Position numbers and translations under genes: made by a program. The notes under the pieces are model-generated. The model had not been told where the DNA came from and made no database searches. It saw nothing but the letters and a program-made list of their open reading frames with translations. Positions 36,754 to 47,084 of a DNA stretch of 64,000 nucleotides are shown here, piece by piece (within the stretch, counting starts at the first letter, position 1; each line of letters begins with the position of its first letter). Source of the stretch: a virus (Duplodnaviria > Caudoviricetes); the IMG/VR virus record IMGVR_UViG_3300042562_001138, positions 897-64,896 of that record; one strand, given 5' to 3'.

Positions 36754-38898
36754 TTATATTGAATCAAATGCAGCAATTATATCATTTCTGCTAACAGATG
36801 AACTGATAGGGTAAGAAATGTTTAAGTTAAAAATATAACCTCCCCATTTACTTGCATCCATTCCGTTAATTGCAGCAGGATATGTTTTTGTTGAATCCGT
36901 TACAGCAAATCCACCTATTTGTTGTTTGTATGTAGAATACGAAGGTACATTAGCACCACTATCTGCAACAGTTATAAATTGTTGTGCAGGGAAGTTTACT
37001 ATTGCTGTACCTATTGAATCATTTAAATCAAATTGACTTACAATAAACAATTTACCGTTAGTTAAAAATTGAACTTGACTAAATATTGTATTTAAAACAA
37101 TAACGTGAGTGTTTCCTGTATCAAGTATGTTTCTTTGCGCAAATACATTTCTACCTGCTAAAACAGTTTGTGTAGGCATTAATGCAGTTGGAATTAAAGC
37201 TGTTTGAGATGTTATAGCTCCATTAGGGTCAACAGAATATCCGCCTGTTGATGCAACATACGTTTCTGTGTCAACATTAAATGGATTTTGATAACTACTC
37301 CATGGTGTTCTTAATAATGTTCCAGAAGATGCACTTGTAGATAAAGGAATTAATACTTGCCCTGTAATAAACACTACTCGATTAATTACTCTAATACTAG
37401 GGTTAGTCCAACCAACTACTGCTGCAAATCCAAATGTACCATTGTGAGCGTTCATCACCTTCCAACCGCTATCATAACTGTCTTGGTCAAATGGCACCCA
37501 TGTTCTTACTCCTAATGTATCACTAGATAATACCATTCCGTTTAATGATGGATTACCTAATGAATTTTCCTTAGTTGCTAATTGTGTAGTGTCCACTAAA
37601 TCTCTTCCTCTACTATTAGCAATTAAAGTACCTCTCCATGTTACTACGTATTCCCCTATCACTACACACTTATTACCACTTGCTTGGGTAGATGAAGCTT
37701 GTAATGAAGTTAATGGAATACCGAAGATTGTTACGTTGTTTCCGTTTAATGTAATTTGTTGGTCAACATAAACAATAAAGGTATCACCCTCTTTTGGAGT
37801 TCCTGTACCTTGAATTGTCCATGATGAACTTAATGTTACTGGTGAACCAGTAATACGGATATATTTTTCATCAACGCCTGGTTCTAAATTAATAGTACCA
37901 CCTCCTGCTGTTAATGCAATATCTTTACTTCCTAAAACTTCTTGTGGGAAGTTAGCGCTTCTAAATGCTGCTACTGTTAATGGAATACCTGGTGAGCGTG
38001 TAACCTCCCAAAAATCTCCATTTATGTATTGCAACACAATTACGCTTTCATTTCCTCCTGTTACGAAGTTTGCAGAGTTCGCTAAGTTAATGTTACCACT
38101 TGTGTTAATTGTAGTTAATCTAGCGTTATTTACACCTCTTATAATTAACGTATCGCCATTGGAAAAACCTACTGCAATAATATCTGTTAATGTATCAGTT
38201 GATAATGCTCCTTCTGTATCAATTTGTATTTCGGTTGTAGAGCCTTTTCTATCAATATTGACACTTCCTCCTCCAATTGTGTATGAACGTATATCAGCAG
38301 GTGAATTAAAAGGTTTTCTTACTACAAATGAAGAAATGTCTGTTGCGCCTACTATCGTTCCAAATTGTGCAGCAACATCGTCGTTAATCCAAACCTTAAT
38401 ACCTGTTTGAGCATCTACAATATCTTGTGATGAAGTACCTCCATCTAAGTTAGTTTTTGTAAATTCTAATGTTCCGGTTACTGTTGCAGCTAAAGTTGAA
38501 TTATTTAAACTTGATCCAAATCCAGAAGCAATAAAAATATAAACAGCATTACCTAACACTTGTGCTGTGTAGTTAGGAGTTGAAGTGTAGCTATTAATAG
38601 CTACTGCTGTGTTAACCGCTAAAGCACTTAAACTACCTCCCGATATTGGTGTACTTGTATCAAATATTGAAGTACCTCCAATAGTTAAATCCGTTACAGT
38701 TCCCGAACCTACCGTATAGGTAATTGTAGCTAACGCTAAGGTTTCTCCAATTACAGGACTAGAAGCCAATATCACTTGGTTAGCTAATTCTTTTCCTTTT
38801 TTATCATTATCGTATGAAGCGATAATACTATTGTTGAACGTTGTTAAGTATATCTTACCTAATCCTGTTCCGTATTTTGTAGCCTTTGTGAAACTCAT
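36754..38898 (-). CDS. Virion structural protein (fibre/hub-like)
   Basis: 714 aa, T/G/S-rich beta composition; YDSGW motif; shares a domain with 49693..50547. Confidence 0.65.
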   Translation of the reverse strand: MSFTKATKYGTGLGKIYLTTFNNSIIASYDNDKKGKELANQVILASSPVIGETLALATITYTVGSGTVTDLTIGGTSIFDTSTPISGGSLSALAVNTAVAINSYTSTPNYTAQVLGNAVYIFIASGFGSSLNNSTLAATVTGTLEFTKTNLDGGTSSQDIVDAQTGIKVWINDDVAAQFGTIVGATDISSFVVRKPFNSPADIRSYTIGGGSVNIDRKGSTTEIQIDTEGALSTDTLTDIIAVGFSNGDTLIIRGVNNARLTTINTSGNINLANSANFVTGGNESVIVLQYINGDFWEVTRSPGIPLTVAAFRSANFPQEVLGSKDIALTAGGGTINLEPGVDEKYIRITGSPVTLSSSWTIQGTGTPKEGDTFIVYVDQQITLNGNNVTIFGIPLTSLQASSTQASGNKCVVIGEYVVTWRGTLIANSRGRDLVDTTQLATKENSLGNPSLNGMVLSSDTLGVRTWVPFDQDSYDSGWKVMNAHNGTFGFAAVVGWTNPSIRVINRVVFITGQVLIPLSTSASSGTLLRTPWSSYQNPFNVDTETYVASTGGYSVDPNGAITSQTALIPTALMPTQTVLAGRNVFAQRNILDTGNTHVIVLNTIFSQVQFLTNGKLFIVSQFDLNDSIGTAIVNFPAQQFITVADSGANVPSYSTYKQQIGGFAVTDSTKTYPAAINGMDASKWGGYIFNLNISYPISSSVSRNDIIAAFDSI

Positions 38899-40721
38899 TA
38901 TTTTGTAATTATAAAGTTAACTAAAACTGATTGGTAATTGCTTGATATATAGCTTTGTGTTGGCATTGGAATATCATCGCTTAAACTAAACACTATATCA
39001 TTTGCACTAGCTTTTACAATCTTTAAATCTAAAAGTTTTGTTGCATCAAATATTGAACTATCGCTTAGGGTGTTATCTTGTGAATTATACCCTACTGTTT
39101 TTACTACCTCTGCAAATACCTTTACATTATCCGAAGAAGATTGGAAAGCTCTTAATGCTAAAAGATTCATTGAGTTAGGGTAATTAGGTAAACTAACTAA
39201 TGCTCTATCTTCTGGTGTTGGTTGTACGAAGTCTAATTGTGCATCAACCTCAAAGTTACTTATAGTAAAGTTTACAGATGGTCTTGCATTGTAAGGAGCT
39301 GTTGAAAATCTATACTGAATTAACAAGCTAAAACTCATTTTCTCAATTACATCAGGAATAACATTTGTTGCTATACTTGGGGTATAAGTTTTATTTCCGT
39401 TACCATCAATAACCTCGTTTACATCAATTGTAGGTGAATCAACTAAAGTTACGCTTTTTATGTTCGCTAATGCTGTTGCAATTGATGGGTCTAAACTTAA
39501 TGTAAATGTTGAGGTGTTTCCGCTTACTGTTTTAGCCACTCTTAATTGATTACTACTAGAAACAACTTCTACATTGTTACTAGAACTAATACCTTGGATT
39601 AAAACATTTTCACTATCCTCGCAATTACATTCAGTAGTACATCCTGTTACACTTCTTATTTCAGCAACTACTTTATCTAAGTTAGTTGTGTTACCACAAA
39701 AAATTTGAGTTTGTAAGCTAGTTAAATAACTACAAGCTAAAACATAAGCGTTTTTGTAGTTGTTTGCCAACACATCATTTACGCCCTTATATTGTAAATA
39801 ATTATTTAATGTTTTACTTATGCAGCAATAAATATCACACAATCTAATATCACAAGTAATATTTTTACTTTCTGTTTTTAACAAGTAAAATGTTACGCTA
39901 AAATCCGAAGCGTAAACATAGTTGAAATACCCCTCGTTTTTAAACTCTTGGTTTCCTGTGTAAAATACAGAAGTAGTTATCGTACTTGTAAATCCTACTA
40001 ATGGATTTAATCCTAATACTCCCGGATAATAGATATTGTTTACTCTCGTGTATAATAAACCATCTCCTACGTTGCTATCTACACTTGTACTAAAAACTAT
40101 CTCTGTAATATTGGATGTTTTGTTGTAGATTACATTACTAATTGTGTATTCACCATCATTTGATGTTGAACCTTGAATATTTACTTTGGAGCCAATGATA
40201 AATGCCCCTACATTGTTTCCTGATATACCAACAGAAGAACTGCCTGTACTTGCTGCTATAACTGGAAAACTTGTTGCAGGATTTATACCTCTTACATTGT
40301 AAACTGTTTTATCCTCACTTTTTAACTGTGGAGATATACAATCTACTGTTACATCTATTACGGGTACCGGCTTATCTAAATTGTATTCAAAAACTTTTGT
40401 TCTTGTAAATTCAGTTACACCAGAATCTTCTGTGCTTGTTAAACTAATTGTGTAAGTACCTTTTAACGGATTATTAGTGCCCACGTATGTAGGAACTATA
40501 ATTGCTCTGTTAATTCTACTTGTTACCAACTCTAAATCAGGGTCGCTAAAATCAGTATTATCATACACAATTCCACTTGGAGAAACTACTTTTAGTAAAC
40601 CTTCTACATCATTTGTAGTTACACCTTGTCCTGCGTAATCAGTAGTGTCTGTTATCACGAAGTAACTTTGTGTTTTGTCTATCACAAATGCTACTGAAAA
40701 ATCAACATTGCTTATTGCCAT
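38898..40721 (-). CDS. Virion structural protein with Cys-rich segment
   Basis: 607 aa, beta-rich; CDIRLCDIYCC and GCTTECNC; first gene after promoter TATATTTG (40741-40748). Confidence 0.65.
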   Translation of the reverse strand: MAISNVDFSVAFVIDKTQSYFVITDTTDYAGQGVTTNDVEGLLKVVSPSGIVYDNTDFSDPDLELVTSRINRAIIVPTYVGTNNPLKGTYTISLTSTEDSGVTEFTRTKVFEYNLDKPVPVIDVTVDCISPQLKSEDKTVYNVRGINPATSFPVIAASTGSSSVGISGNNVGAFIIGSKVNIQGSTSNDGEYTISNVIYNKTSNITEIVFSTSVDSNVGDGLLYTRVNNIYYPGVLGLNPLVGFTSTITTSVFYTGNQEFKNEGYFNYVYASDFSVTFYLLKTESKNITCDIRLCDIYCCISKTLNNYLQYKGVNDVLANNYKNAYVLACSYLTSLQTQIFCGNTTNLDKVVAEIRSVTGCTTECNCEDSENVLIQGISSSNNVEVVSSSNQLRVAKTVSGNTSTFTLSLDPSIATALANIKSVTLVDSPTIDVNEVIDGNGNKTYTPSIATNVIPDVIEKMSFSLLIQYRFSTAPYNARPSVNFTISNFEVDAQLDFVQPTPEDRALVSLPNYPNSMNLLALRAFQSSSDNVKVFAEVVKTVGYNSQDNTLSDSSIFDATKLLDLKIVKASANDIVFSLSDDIPMPTQSYISSNYQSVLVNFIITK

Positions 40722-40748
40722 TGTATAAAATTTTATACGACAAATATA

Positions 40749-40783
40749 TAAAAAAAAACCGATAACATTTAGATATCGGTTTC
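40749..40783 (-). terminator. Rho-independent terminator
   Basis: AAACCGATA...TATCGGTTT stem; the + strand A run reads as a U tail on the - strand. Confidence 0.7.
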
Positions 40784-40809
40784 TTATAATATAGTTATTA
40801 AGGTTTTAA

Positions 40810-41931
40810 CTAATTTCCACGAACTTCTTTAGCTTCGGCAACCATCATAGTTATCTTACCATACAACTCGTGATTATCTCTTAACATAACCTCAAAATCT
40901 GCCATTGATTTTCCTAAATTAATATCAGACATTGTTTTATCTGTGAATTTAGTCCATGCCCCAGCCTTGTAAATAACCTTAGTTTCTAAAGCTGATTTGT
41001 ACAAAGCTTGATACTCGTTATCATTGTTTGGTGATGCTAAAGCTGTTGTGTTAGCTTTAATAATCGGTTGTTTTAAAATCTTAATAGTTTTTTCTATTAA
41101 TTCATTTACCTCAACGCTCTTAAATGATAACTCTGTTAAATACTCAATGTGGTTTGTATTAATACTTGGTACATCGCATATTGTTCTAATTCCTCCAATT
41201 GTGTATTGAATTTCAGATTTGTTTGCGCTTACTTGGAATACTTTTTCCTCAAACGCTTTCATAATCCAATATTTACGCTTACGTTCATCGGAGTTCATTT
41301 CCTTTTCAAATTTTAATGGATCAAAAGCTACCATGTCCAATAAGATTGTACGCTTCTCATTTACATTCATATTGTTATAATTCCTAACTTCAAAAGTTAA
41401 ACAATACGCATCTAATTCAGCTTCCGTACTCTCAAATACTTTTCCTTGTAATTCAAAGATTTTTTTCTTTAAATCAATACCTTGGATACCTTTAGATTCT
41501 CTATCCTCTTTGTAAAACAATTCAGTTTTACCATCCATTCTAAATTCTGCATTGGCTCTGTTCCAATTGCATAAATCTAAAAATTGTCTTTGTAATTTAT
41601 CTTTACCATCAACAACTAAAAAGCCATCAATAAACCTAATTCTTTTAACTTTCTTTGGATTAGGATTTACTTCTGATTGTTCATCTGCAAAGATACTTGT
41701 TTGTCCTTGAACCAATCTAATGATTCTGTTTCCTGTATGATGTTGTCCATCCTTATCTGTCCAACTCATATAAACTTCATCCTCTGCTTTTATGCCATAA
41801 CTTTTTGGGTAGTGACAACTCTCTAGTGTAGGATTAGAGTTTTTTCTTGATAAAATGTACAAGTGTGATTTAAAATCTTCTTGTGTAGCAACGCCTTTTG
41901 GCTGTGGCTTTAATTGTGTGTAATCTGCCAT
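40810..41931 (-). CDS. Conserved protein downstream of the major capsid gene
   Basis: 373 aa; RIIRL...SIFADEQ...FIDGFLVV; occupies the post-MCP position seen in crAss-like head modules. Confidence 0.6.
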   Translation of the reverse strand: MADYTQLKPQPKGVATQEDFKSHLYILSRKNSNPTLESCHYPKSYGIKAEDEVYMSWTDKDGQHHTGNRIIRLVQGQTSIFADEQSEVNPNPKKVKRIRFIDGFLVVDGKDKLQRQFLDLCNWNRANAEFRMDGKTELFYKEDRESKGIQGIDLKKKIFELQGKVFESTEAELDAYCLTFEVRNYNNMNVNEKRTILLDMVAFDPLKFEKEMNSDERKRKYWIMKAFEEKVFQVSANKSEIQYTIGGIRTICDVPSINTNHIEYLTELSFKSVEVNELIEKTIKILKQPIIKANTTALASPNNDNEYQALYKSALETKVIYKAGAWTKFTDKTMSDINLGKSMADFEVMLRDNHELYGKITMMVAEAKEVRGN

Positions 41932-41967
41932 GTTTAGTTTAATTTAGATAAATAATAATTGTGTATT

Positions 41968-41996
41968 AAAAAAAGGGAGGTGTTACCCTCCCCTTT
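41968..41996 (-). terminator. Terminator after the major capsid gene
   Basis: GGGAGG-tgttac-CCTCCC with an A run on the + strand. Confidence 0.75.
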
Positions 41997-42017
41997 AATT
42001 TTTATGATATTGTATGA

Positions 42018-43436
42018 TTACACTCTTTCAATGTAAAAGAATCTGTTACCACCAATACCTTCGAAACCTACTGAATCAGAGTATCTCATTGATACGACAT
42101 CTCTACCGTTTTCAAATTGAGAGAAACCTTCAACATAAGCTCTCTTGTTTAATCTAGTTCCATTCTCGTCCACTAAGTAACGAACTCTTAAAGATGACAT
42201 TTTCTCACCTGTTTTAGAATCCATTTTAGCATCCATTGGGATAATCATACCCTCATAAGGATAACCATAACCTTGTGCACCTAAAGACTGTAAATCATTG
42301 AATGAATCCATTGTCTTTTTCTTGAATACATAGTTACCGATTTTGTAAGAATCAAATTGGTAGTTGATTGAAGCATCTGTACCGAAACTGTACGCTCCAA
42401 ATGTAACTGCACCATTTTGTCTTGAATCAGCTAATACCTCATCAATTGCTAAAGACAACTGAATACCACACATGAACAAGTTTTCTTTAGCTCCTTTTTG
42501 AGAATCTAAAGTAACTACGATTTCATCCATATCCGCTTTACTGAAACCAGTTAAAGCTGAATAACCCAAAGTGTTACCTTGTGATTGAATGAAAGGAATT
42601 AAACCCTCTGTTGTTAATGTAGGTACTCCTGCTGTTGCTTGTGCATTAGCTAAAGTAACGTTAGTTGTTTTCTTGTTAGTTAACAAACCTAACTCTCTAG
42701 TGTTTAAGAAACGTACATACGCATCCTCTTCACCTTTTAAAACGTAGTATTTTCCTTTTTGTCCGTTAGTGCCTGTAAACTCTACCCAAGTTTGTAATCC
42801 TTTTGCAGTACCAGGTAATTCAAAAGTGTCTTTGAAAAACTGTACGTTGTTAGAATACTTAGATACTTTACTTGCTCTTGATTCTGGTTGAACATCGCCC
42901 TCACCGAAAGCGTTACCTACAATTGCAATTTCACTTGCAGAAGCGATAGCCGGGATAGATACACCTGTTTCTAAAGGAATAGCAGTAAAAGTTCCTGCAC
43001 CTTTGTTAACTGATTGTACACGAGCTAAAATCATACTAGAACTATTAACTACACCTGATGCAGGTTTAATAGAAATAATATCACCAACTCTTGCTACTAC
43101 GATGTCTTTATCAACACTACCTACGAAAGGAGCTTGACCTAAAGAATAAGTATCAGTTGCGTTAGCAGCTAAAGTGAAAGTTGCCGAAGCACCTGCACCT
43201 GCACCTGCTGTTGTAGCGTTCAATTTAGGGTAAATACGACCTTCCTCAAAGTGGAAATATTCGTAACCCATAACTGGTTTCGCATAGTTAATGTTCATTA
43301 AGAACTCGGATAAATACTGATTTCCGTATCTTCTTCCTAATTCATTGTCAAATTGTGGTTTGTGCAAATCCATTGCTGATACGAAGCCATAATCTGCTTG
43401 CGTTCCAAAACCACCTGGTTCAAAAGGTAATGCCAT
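42018..43436 (-). CDS. Major capsid protein (HK97 fold, Bacteroidota podovirus type)
   Basis: 472 aa after the scaffold. AFGEG, YSNNVQFFKD, TTEGLIPFI motifs; optimised codon use; followed by a terminator. Confidence 0.85.
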   Translation of the reverse strand: MALPFEPGGFGTQADYGFVSAMDLHKPQFDNELGRRYGNQYLSEFLMNINYAKPVMGYEYFHFEEGRIYPKLNATTAGAGAGASATFTLAANATDTYSLGQAPFVGSVDKDIVVARVGDIISIKPASGVVNSSSMILARVQSVNKGAGTFTAIPLETGVSIPAIASASEIAIVGNAFGEGDVQPESRASKVSKYSNNVQFFKDTFELPGTAKGLQTWVEFTGTNGQKGKYYVLKGEEDAYVRFLNTRELGLLTNKKTTNVTLANAQATAGVPTLTTEGLIPFIQSQGNTLGYSALTGFSKADMDEIVVTLDSQKGAKENLFMCGIQLSLAIDEVLADSRQNGAVTFGAYSFGTDASINYQFDSYKIGNYVFKKKTMDSFNDLQSLGAQGYGYPYEGMIIPMDAKMDSKTGEKMSSLRVRYLVDENGTRLNKRAYVEGFSQFENGRDVVSMRYSDSVGFEGIGGNRFFYIERV

Positions 43437-43459
43437 AATGTAAAAAATAATTTAAAAAT

Positions 43460-44641
43460 TTATAAACCCAATAATTTGTTAATGCCTAAATCAATAGGCG
43501 ATTTTACTTTCTCTCCTCCACCTTTTTGACTTCCATCAAAATTGATATTGGAAATATCCTTAATAACCTCTTCTGCTTTATTATTTGCGTTTTGTTGGAT
43601 TAAGGTTTTAACAACTGTTTTCCAATTCTTCATCATGAACAAGTCTTGTCGCATTGATTTAAAATCAAAAGTGTTGTTTTCTTTATCCTGATAACGTTTA
43701 TACAATTCAGCCGAATCAGTAATTGATTTTTCCAAGAAATCTATATCCTCGTCTGCTACCTTAAAGTTGTACTTCTTGTCTTTGTCTAAGCTAAAAACTA
43801 CTTCTTTAAAATCACTTACATTGGACTTTACTACGTTATTCCATTTAGCAACCATCTCCTTTTGCTTTTCTAATTCCTCCTCGTTCGATTTGGTATCAGG
43901 CTTTAAGTTGATTTTTGGTAAGTCAAATTGTGTATCGTCCTTTAACTTCGATATATTATCTCGGTAATCTTTTAATTTTCTTTTCAAAGAACTCTTTAAT
44001 CTTTTATTCTCTAATATTTCTCTGCTATCAGCTAACTCTTCATCAAAGCCAAACGTAGCATCAAATATTTCTAATTCATCTGCAATATCCTCTTCACTAT
44101 AACCCTCCTGCTTCAATCCATTTACAAAAACCGTTCTGTCATCAAGCTTACTAACATCCATTGTTTTAATGTCTGCTATCTGCTTTATCTTATTCCAATC
44201 TATCTCACCATCTACCAACAACCCTGCTACTTTCTCTAAATCGTTATCCGATAGTATTGGTTTTCTTTCTTTTAATTCCTTGTATTCCGTTACTAATTGT
44301 GTAACATCCTCAATCCCTAAATCAGGATACAATTCCTTAAATTTCTCATTTATGTCAAAACTAACTACCTCTTCTTTTTTTTCTTCTTTTACCTCTACTC
44401 CTTTATCGCTAAAATCAAAAGTATCAACCCCATCAACACTGCTGTCTTTATTAATAACATCCTCTTCTTTTTTATCAGTTAATACTTCTTCTTTTATATC
44501 TTCTTTTACTTCCAATTCTTTTGTTTCTACAATATTATCTAAAAACTCTGGTCTTGATTCTCCATCGTTAACCTCGTCCTTAACCTCTACTGTAACGCCC
44601 TCTTGCTTTTCCAATTGAGCTTTAATTATATTCTCTAACAT
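43460..44641 (-). CDS. Capsid scaffolding protein
   Basis: Very acidic coiled-coil protein between portal and MCP. Start set at MLENIIK because TATATTTG (44678-44685) overlaps the track start. Confidence 0.7.
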   Translation of the reverse strand: MLENIIKAQLEKQEGVTVEVKDEVNDGESRPEFLDNIVETKELEVKEDIKEEVLTDKKEEDVINKDSSVDGVDTFDFSDKGVEVKEEKKEEVVSFDINEKFKELYPDLGIEDVTQLVTEYKELKERKPILSDNDLEKVAGLLVDGEIDWNKIKQIADIKTMDVSKLDDRTVFVNGLKQEGYSEEDIADELEIFDATFGFDEELADSREILENKRLKSSLKRKLKDYRDNISKLKDDTQFDLPKINLKPDTKSNEEELEKQKEMVAKWNNVVKSNVSDFKEVVFSLDKDKKYNFKVADEDIDFLEKSITDSAELYKRYQDKENNTFDFKSMRQDLFMMKNWKTVVKTLIQQNANNKAEEVIKDISNINFDGSQKGGGEKVKSPIDLGINKLLGL

Positions 44642-44707
44642 AATACTTGATTTAGATAAATTTAGTTTATAATAATGCAAATATAATAAATTTTATCAAT
44701 AACCAAA

Positions 44708-47041
44708 TTAATCAAAAGTTTCTAATCGCTTTTCTTCTTTACGTTCCGGTTCAAAATCTAAAGCTTTCTCAAATTTAATTTGCTTAATCTTTTCTTCCCC
44801 TCTTGTTTCTTCTTTCAATATTTCGCCCTCTACGGTTATTCCTGCTAACTGCAATTTAAAGCCATACTCTAATTGTATTTCAGCCATTTTCGCTTGGTTC
44901 TTAGCTTGGATTACTTGTAATTCAGCTTGTGCTGCAACCATAGCTGCTTGTCCTTGTGCTTCTGCGTTAGCTTGTTGTAGCATTAAAGATTTTTGTTCAT
45001 CAGCTTCCATTTTCTTTCTTCTCTTCTCCTTCAACAAATCAATAGCAACCTTAGTATTAGTTTTCAACACATCTCTAATTTCAAAAGCATCTTCTAAATC
45101 TATATTACCATTTGCAATAGCTCTTTCAACTTCCATGTACATTTGCTGTATCTCTTCAATATCAGGCATTAAACCAATCTTGATTCCCAATGTAGCATTT
45201 GAAATTTCTTTGTTAATTTCTAATATATCAACAGTTTCTTTACCTAATGCAGGTATCAATCCTTTTAATCCATTCGGATACCACTTAGCTTTTAACTGTA
45301 ACATTAAACTTGCGTAATTCACAGTTCTTTCCATAATGGATAAAAATGCTTCGTTTAATGGTCTTGTTGAGTTTCTTGAAGTACCTATTGCCATTTTCTG
45401 TACGCCTACTAATGTTCTATTATCAGGTGTACTTCCATCCCTAAACTCATTGATACCACTTACAGTACGTAACATTTCTAATTCGTAGTTATACAAACTA
45501 ATAAAGCCTTGTATCTCGCCAATATTTAAACCATTTGGTGCAGGATTTATTGGACTTCTTTGCATTGTCTGTCCATCTGAATTGGTACCTCTGTAATAGA
45601 AGTTACCTGTTTGATCGTATATCTCTGTTAACTCTAATGGACTAATTGAACCATTACCCTTACCCATCATCACATCCTCTAATCCAGAAACATCAATCGT
45701 TAAACCACTTGGCTTTGCCTTGGCTACAAATTGCTGTATCTTTAAATGGATTAATTGTATCTGGTCTGCGTGAGGTATCATACGCTCTACAATGGATTTA
45801 TTATCCATATCGTAAATATCCTGTGCGTAAATTGTGAATCGACTACAAGTTTTATACGAATAAGCTTCATTCATTTTTGGTCTTGGCATATTTTTACGTA
45901 AGCCATAGTTCATAATGAATTTACTTCCTACAATCCATAAACCATCATAATACACTTCTAAATCTTTACTTAGTACCTCAACTCTTTTTTTAGAATCTTT
46001 ATTCGGTACGTATCCCTTACTTTTTTTATTTAAGTAAAAACCATCTTCCTGATAATACTTCTTTTCGTAAGTAATATCAAAATTGCTGCTTCTAAACTCA
46101 AAATCTAAAACATCAATATAGAAGTCATCAAAATTCTCTAAGCTTCTTGAATCGTTATAGTAATACGCTCCTTTTTCTGATAAAGCATCTACGGAATAAC
46201 CAAAGCTATTTCTACCGTAAGTTTTTACAATCTCCAATAATTCATCATCGCTCAATGTTTGATTCCTTAATCTTAAATCATGGAAACTCATTTTAACAAC
46301 TTCACCTGCATATTCAATATCCGAACAATCAGGTCTTGTTGTATATGGTATAACTAAATTTCTTGGGTCAACATAAGCAATTCTTATATCGTAATTAGAA
46401 TCAAAGTAAGTTTTAGAAGCTCCCCATTTTAAGGTTACTAAATCTCTTACTATTCGCTTTTTTAATTCCTTGATTTCGTTATTTTGTAAAACATAAGTTA
46501 ATGCTAATTCAATAGCTTTTTCACTTGCTTGTTTATACGTGTTCTTTAGGTATGATTTTATTTGCTCTTCATTCTCCATTGTAGGTACTGACTTATCTAC
46601 AACTGGCATTCCTGTCGCTTTTTCTATTTCCTTGTTTACATCCTTTAAAATAAAGTTAGCGTATAACTTGGATTTCATTTCATCAAATTGTGTAAGGCTA
46701 CGGTCATCAACTGCTTCGGCTGTAATCCTAAACTCTTGATTCATCATTTCCCCCACCAACAAATCCACAAACTTAGGTATAATAGGTACTGGCGTAAAAT
46801 CTAAATTCAAATATGATTGGTCGCCATTTAAACCTAACAAATCCTTAAATTTATCTATACTATGCGTACCCTCTGCATATTTCCTGTTTCTTACAAATTT
46901 CTCTTTCTTATTGAATAAAGAAGATGAATCCTTAGTGTAAACATTATATATTGCACTAGCATATTGTAATCCATAAGACTTGTCTGACTTCTCTTCTCTA
47001 CTCGCGTAGCGTGATGGAAAATTTAAAGTTATATCGTTCAT
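44708..47041 (-). CDS. Portal protein
   Basis: 777 aa; YLNLDFTPVPIIPKFVD, YVDPRNLV, YAGEV, SGINEFRDG motifs; follows the terminase. Confidence 0.88.
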   Translation of the reverse strand: MNDITLNFPSRYASREEKSDKSYGLQYASAIYNVYTKDSSSLFNKKEKFVRNRKYAEGTHSIDKFKDLLGLNGDQSYLNLDFTPVPIIPKFVDLLVGEMMNQEFRITAEAVDDRSLTQFDEMKSKLYANFILKDVNKEIEKATGMPVVDKSVPTMENEEQIKSYLKNTYKQASEKAIELALTYVLQNNEIKELKKRIVRDLVTLKWGASKTYFDSNYDIRIAYVDPRNLVIPYTTRPDCSDIEYAGEVVKMSFHDLRLRNQTLSDDELLEIVKTYGRNSFGYSVDALSEKGAYYYNDSRSLENFDDFYIDVLDFEFRSSNFDITYEKKYYQEDGFYLNKKSKGYVPNKDSKKRVEVLSKDLEVYYDGLWIVGSKFIMNYGLRKNMPRPKMNEAYSYKTCSRFTIYAQDIYDMDNKSIVERMIPHADQIQLIHLKIQQFVAKAKPSGLTIDVSGLEDVMMGKGNGSISPLELTEIYDQTGNFYYRGTNSDGQTMQRSPINPAPNGLNIGEIQGFISLYNYELEMLRTVSGINEFRDGSTPDNRTLVGVQKMAIGTSRNSTRPLNEAFLSIMERTVNYASLMLQLKAKWYPNGLKGLIPALGKETVDILEINKEISNATLGIKIGLMPDIEEIQQMYMEVERAIANGNIDLEDAFEIRDVLKTNTKVAIDLLKEKRRKKMEADEQKSLMLQQANAEAQGQAAMVAAQAELQVIQAKNQAKMAEIQLEYGFKLQLAGITVEGEILKEETRGEEKIKQIKFEKALDFEPERKEEKRLETFD

Positions 47042-47084
47042 TCCTTATACGTAAAATTTATTTCTTTTACAAATGTAATAAATA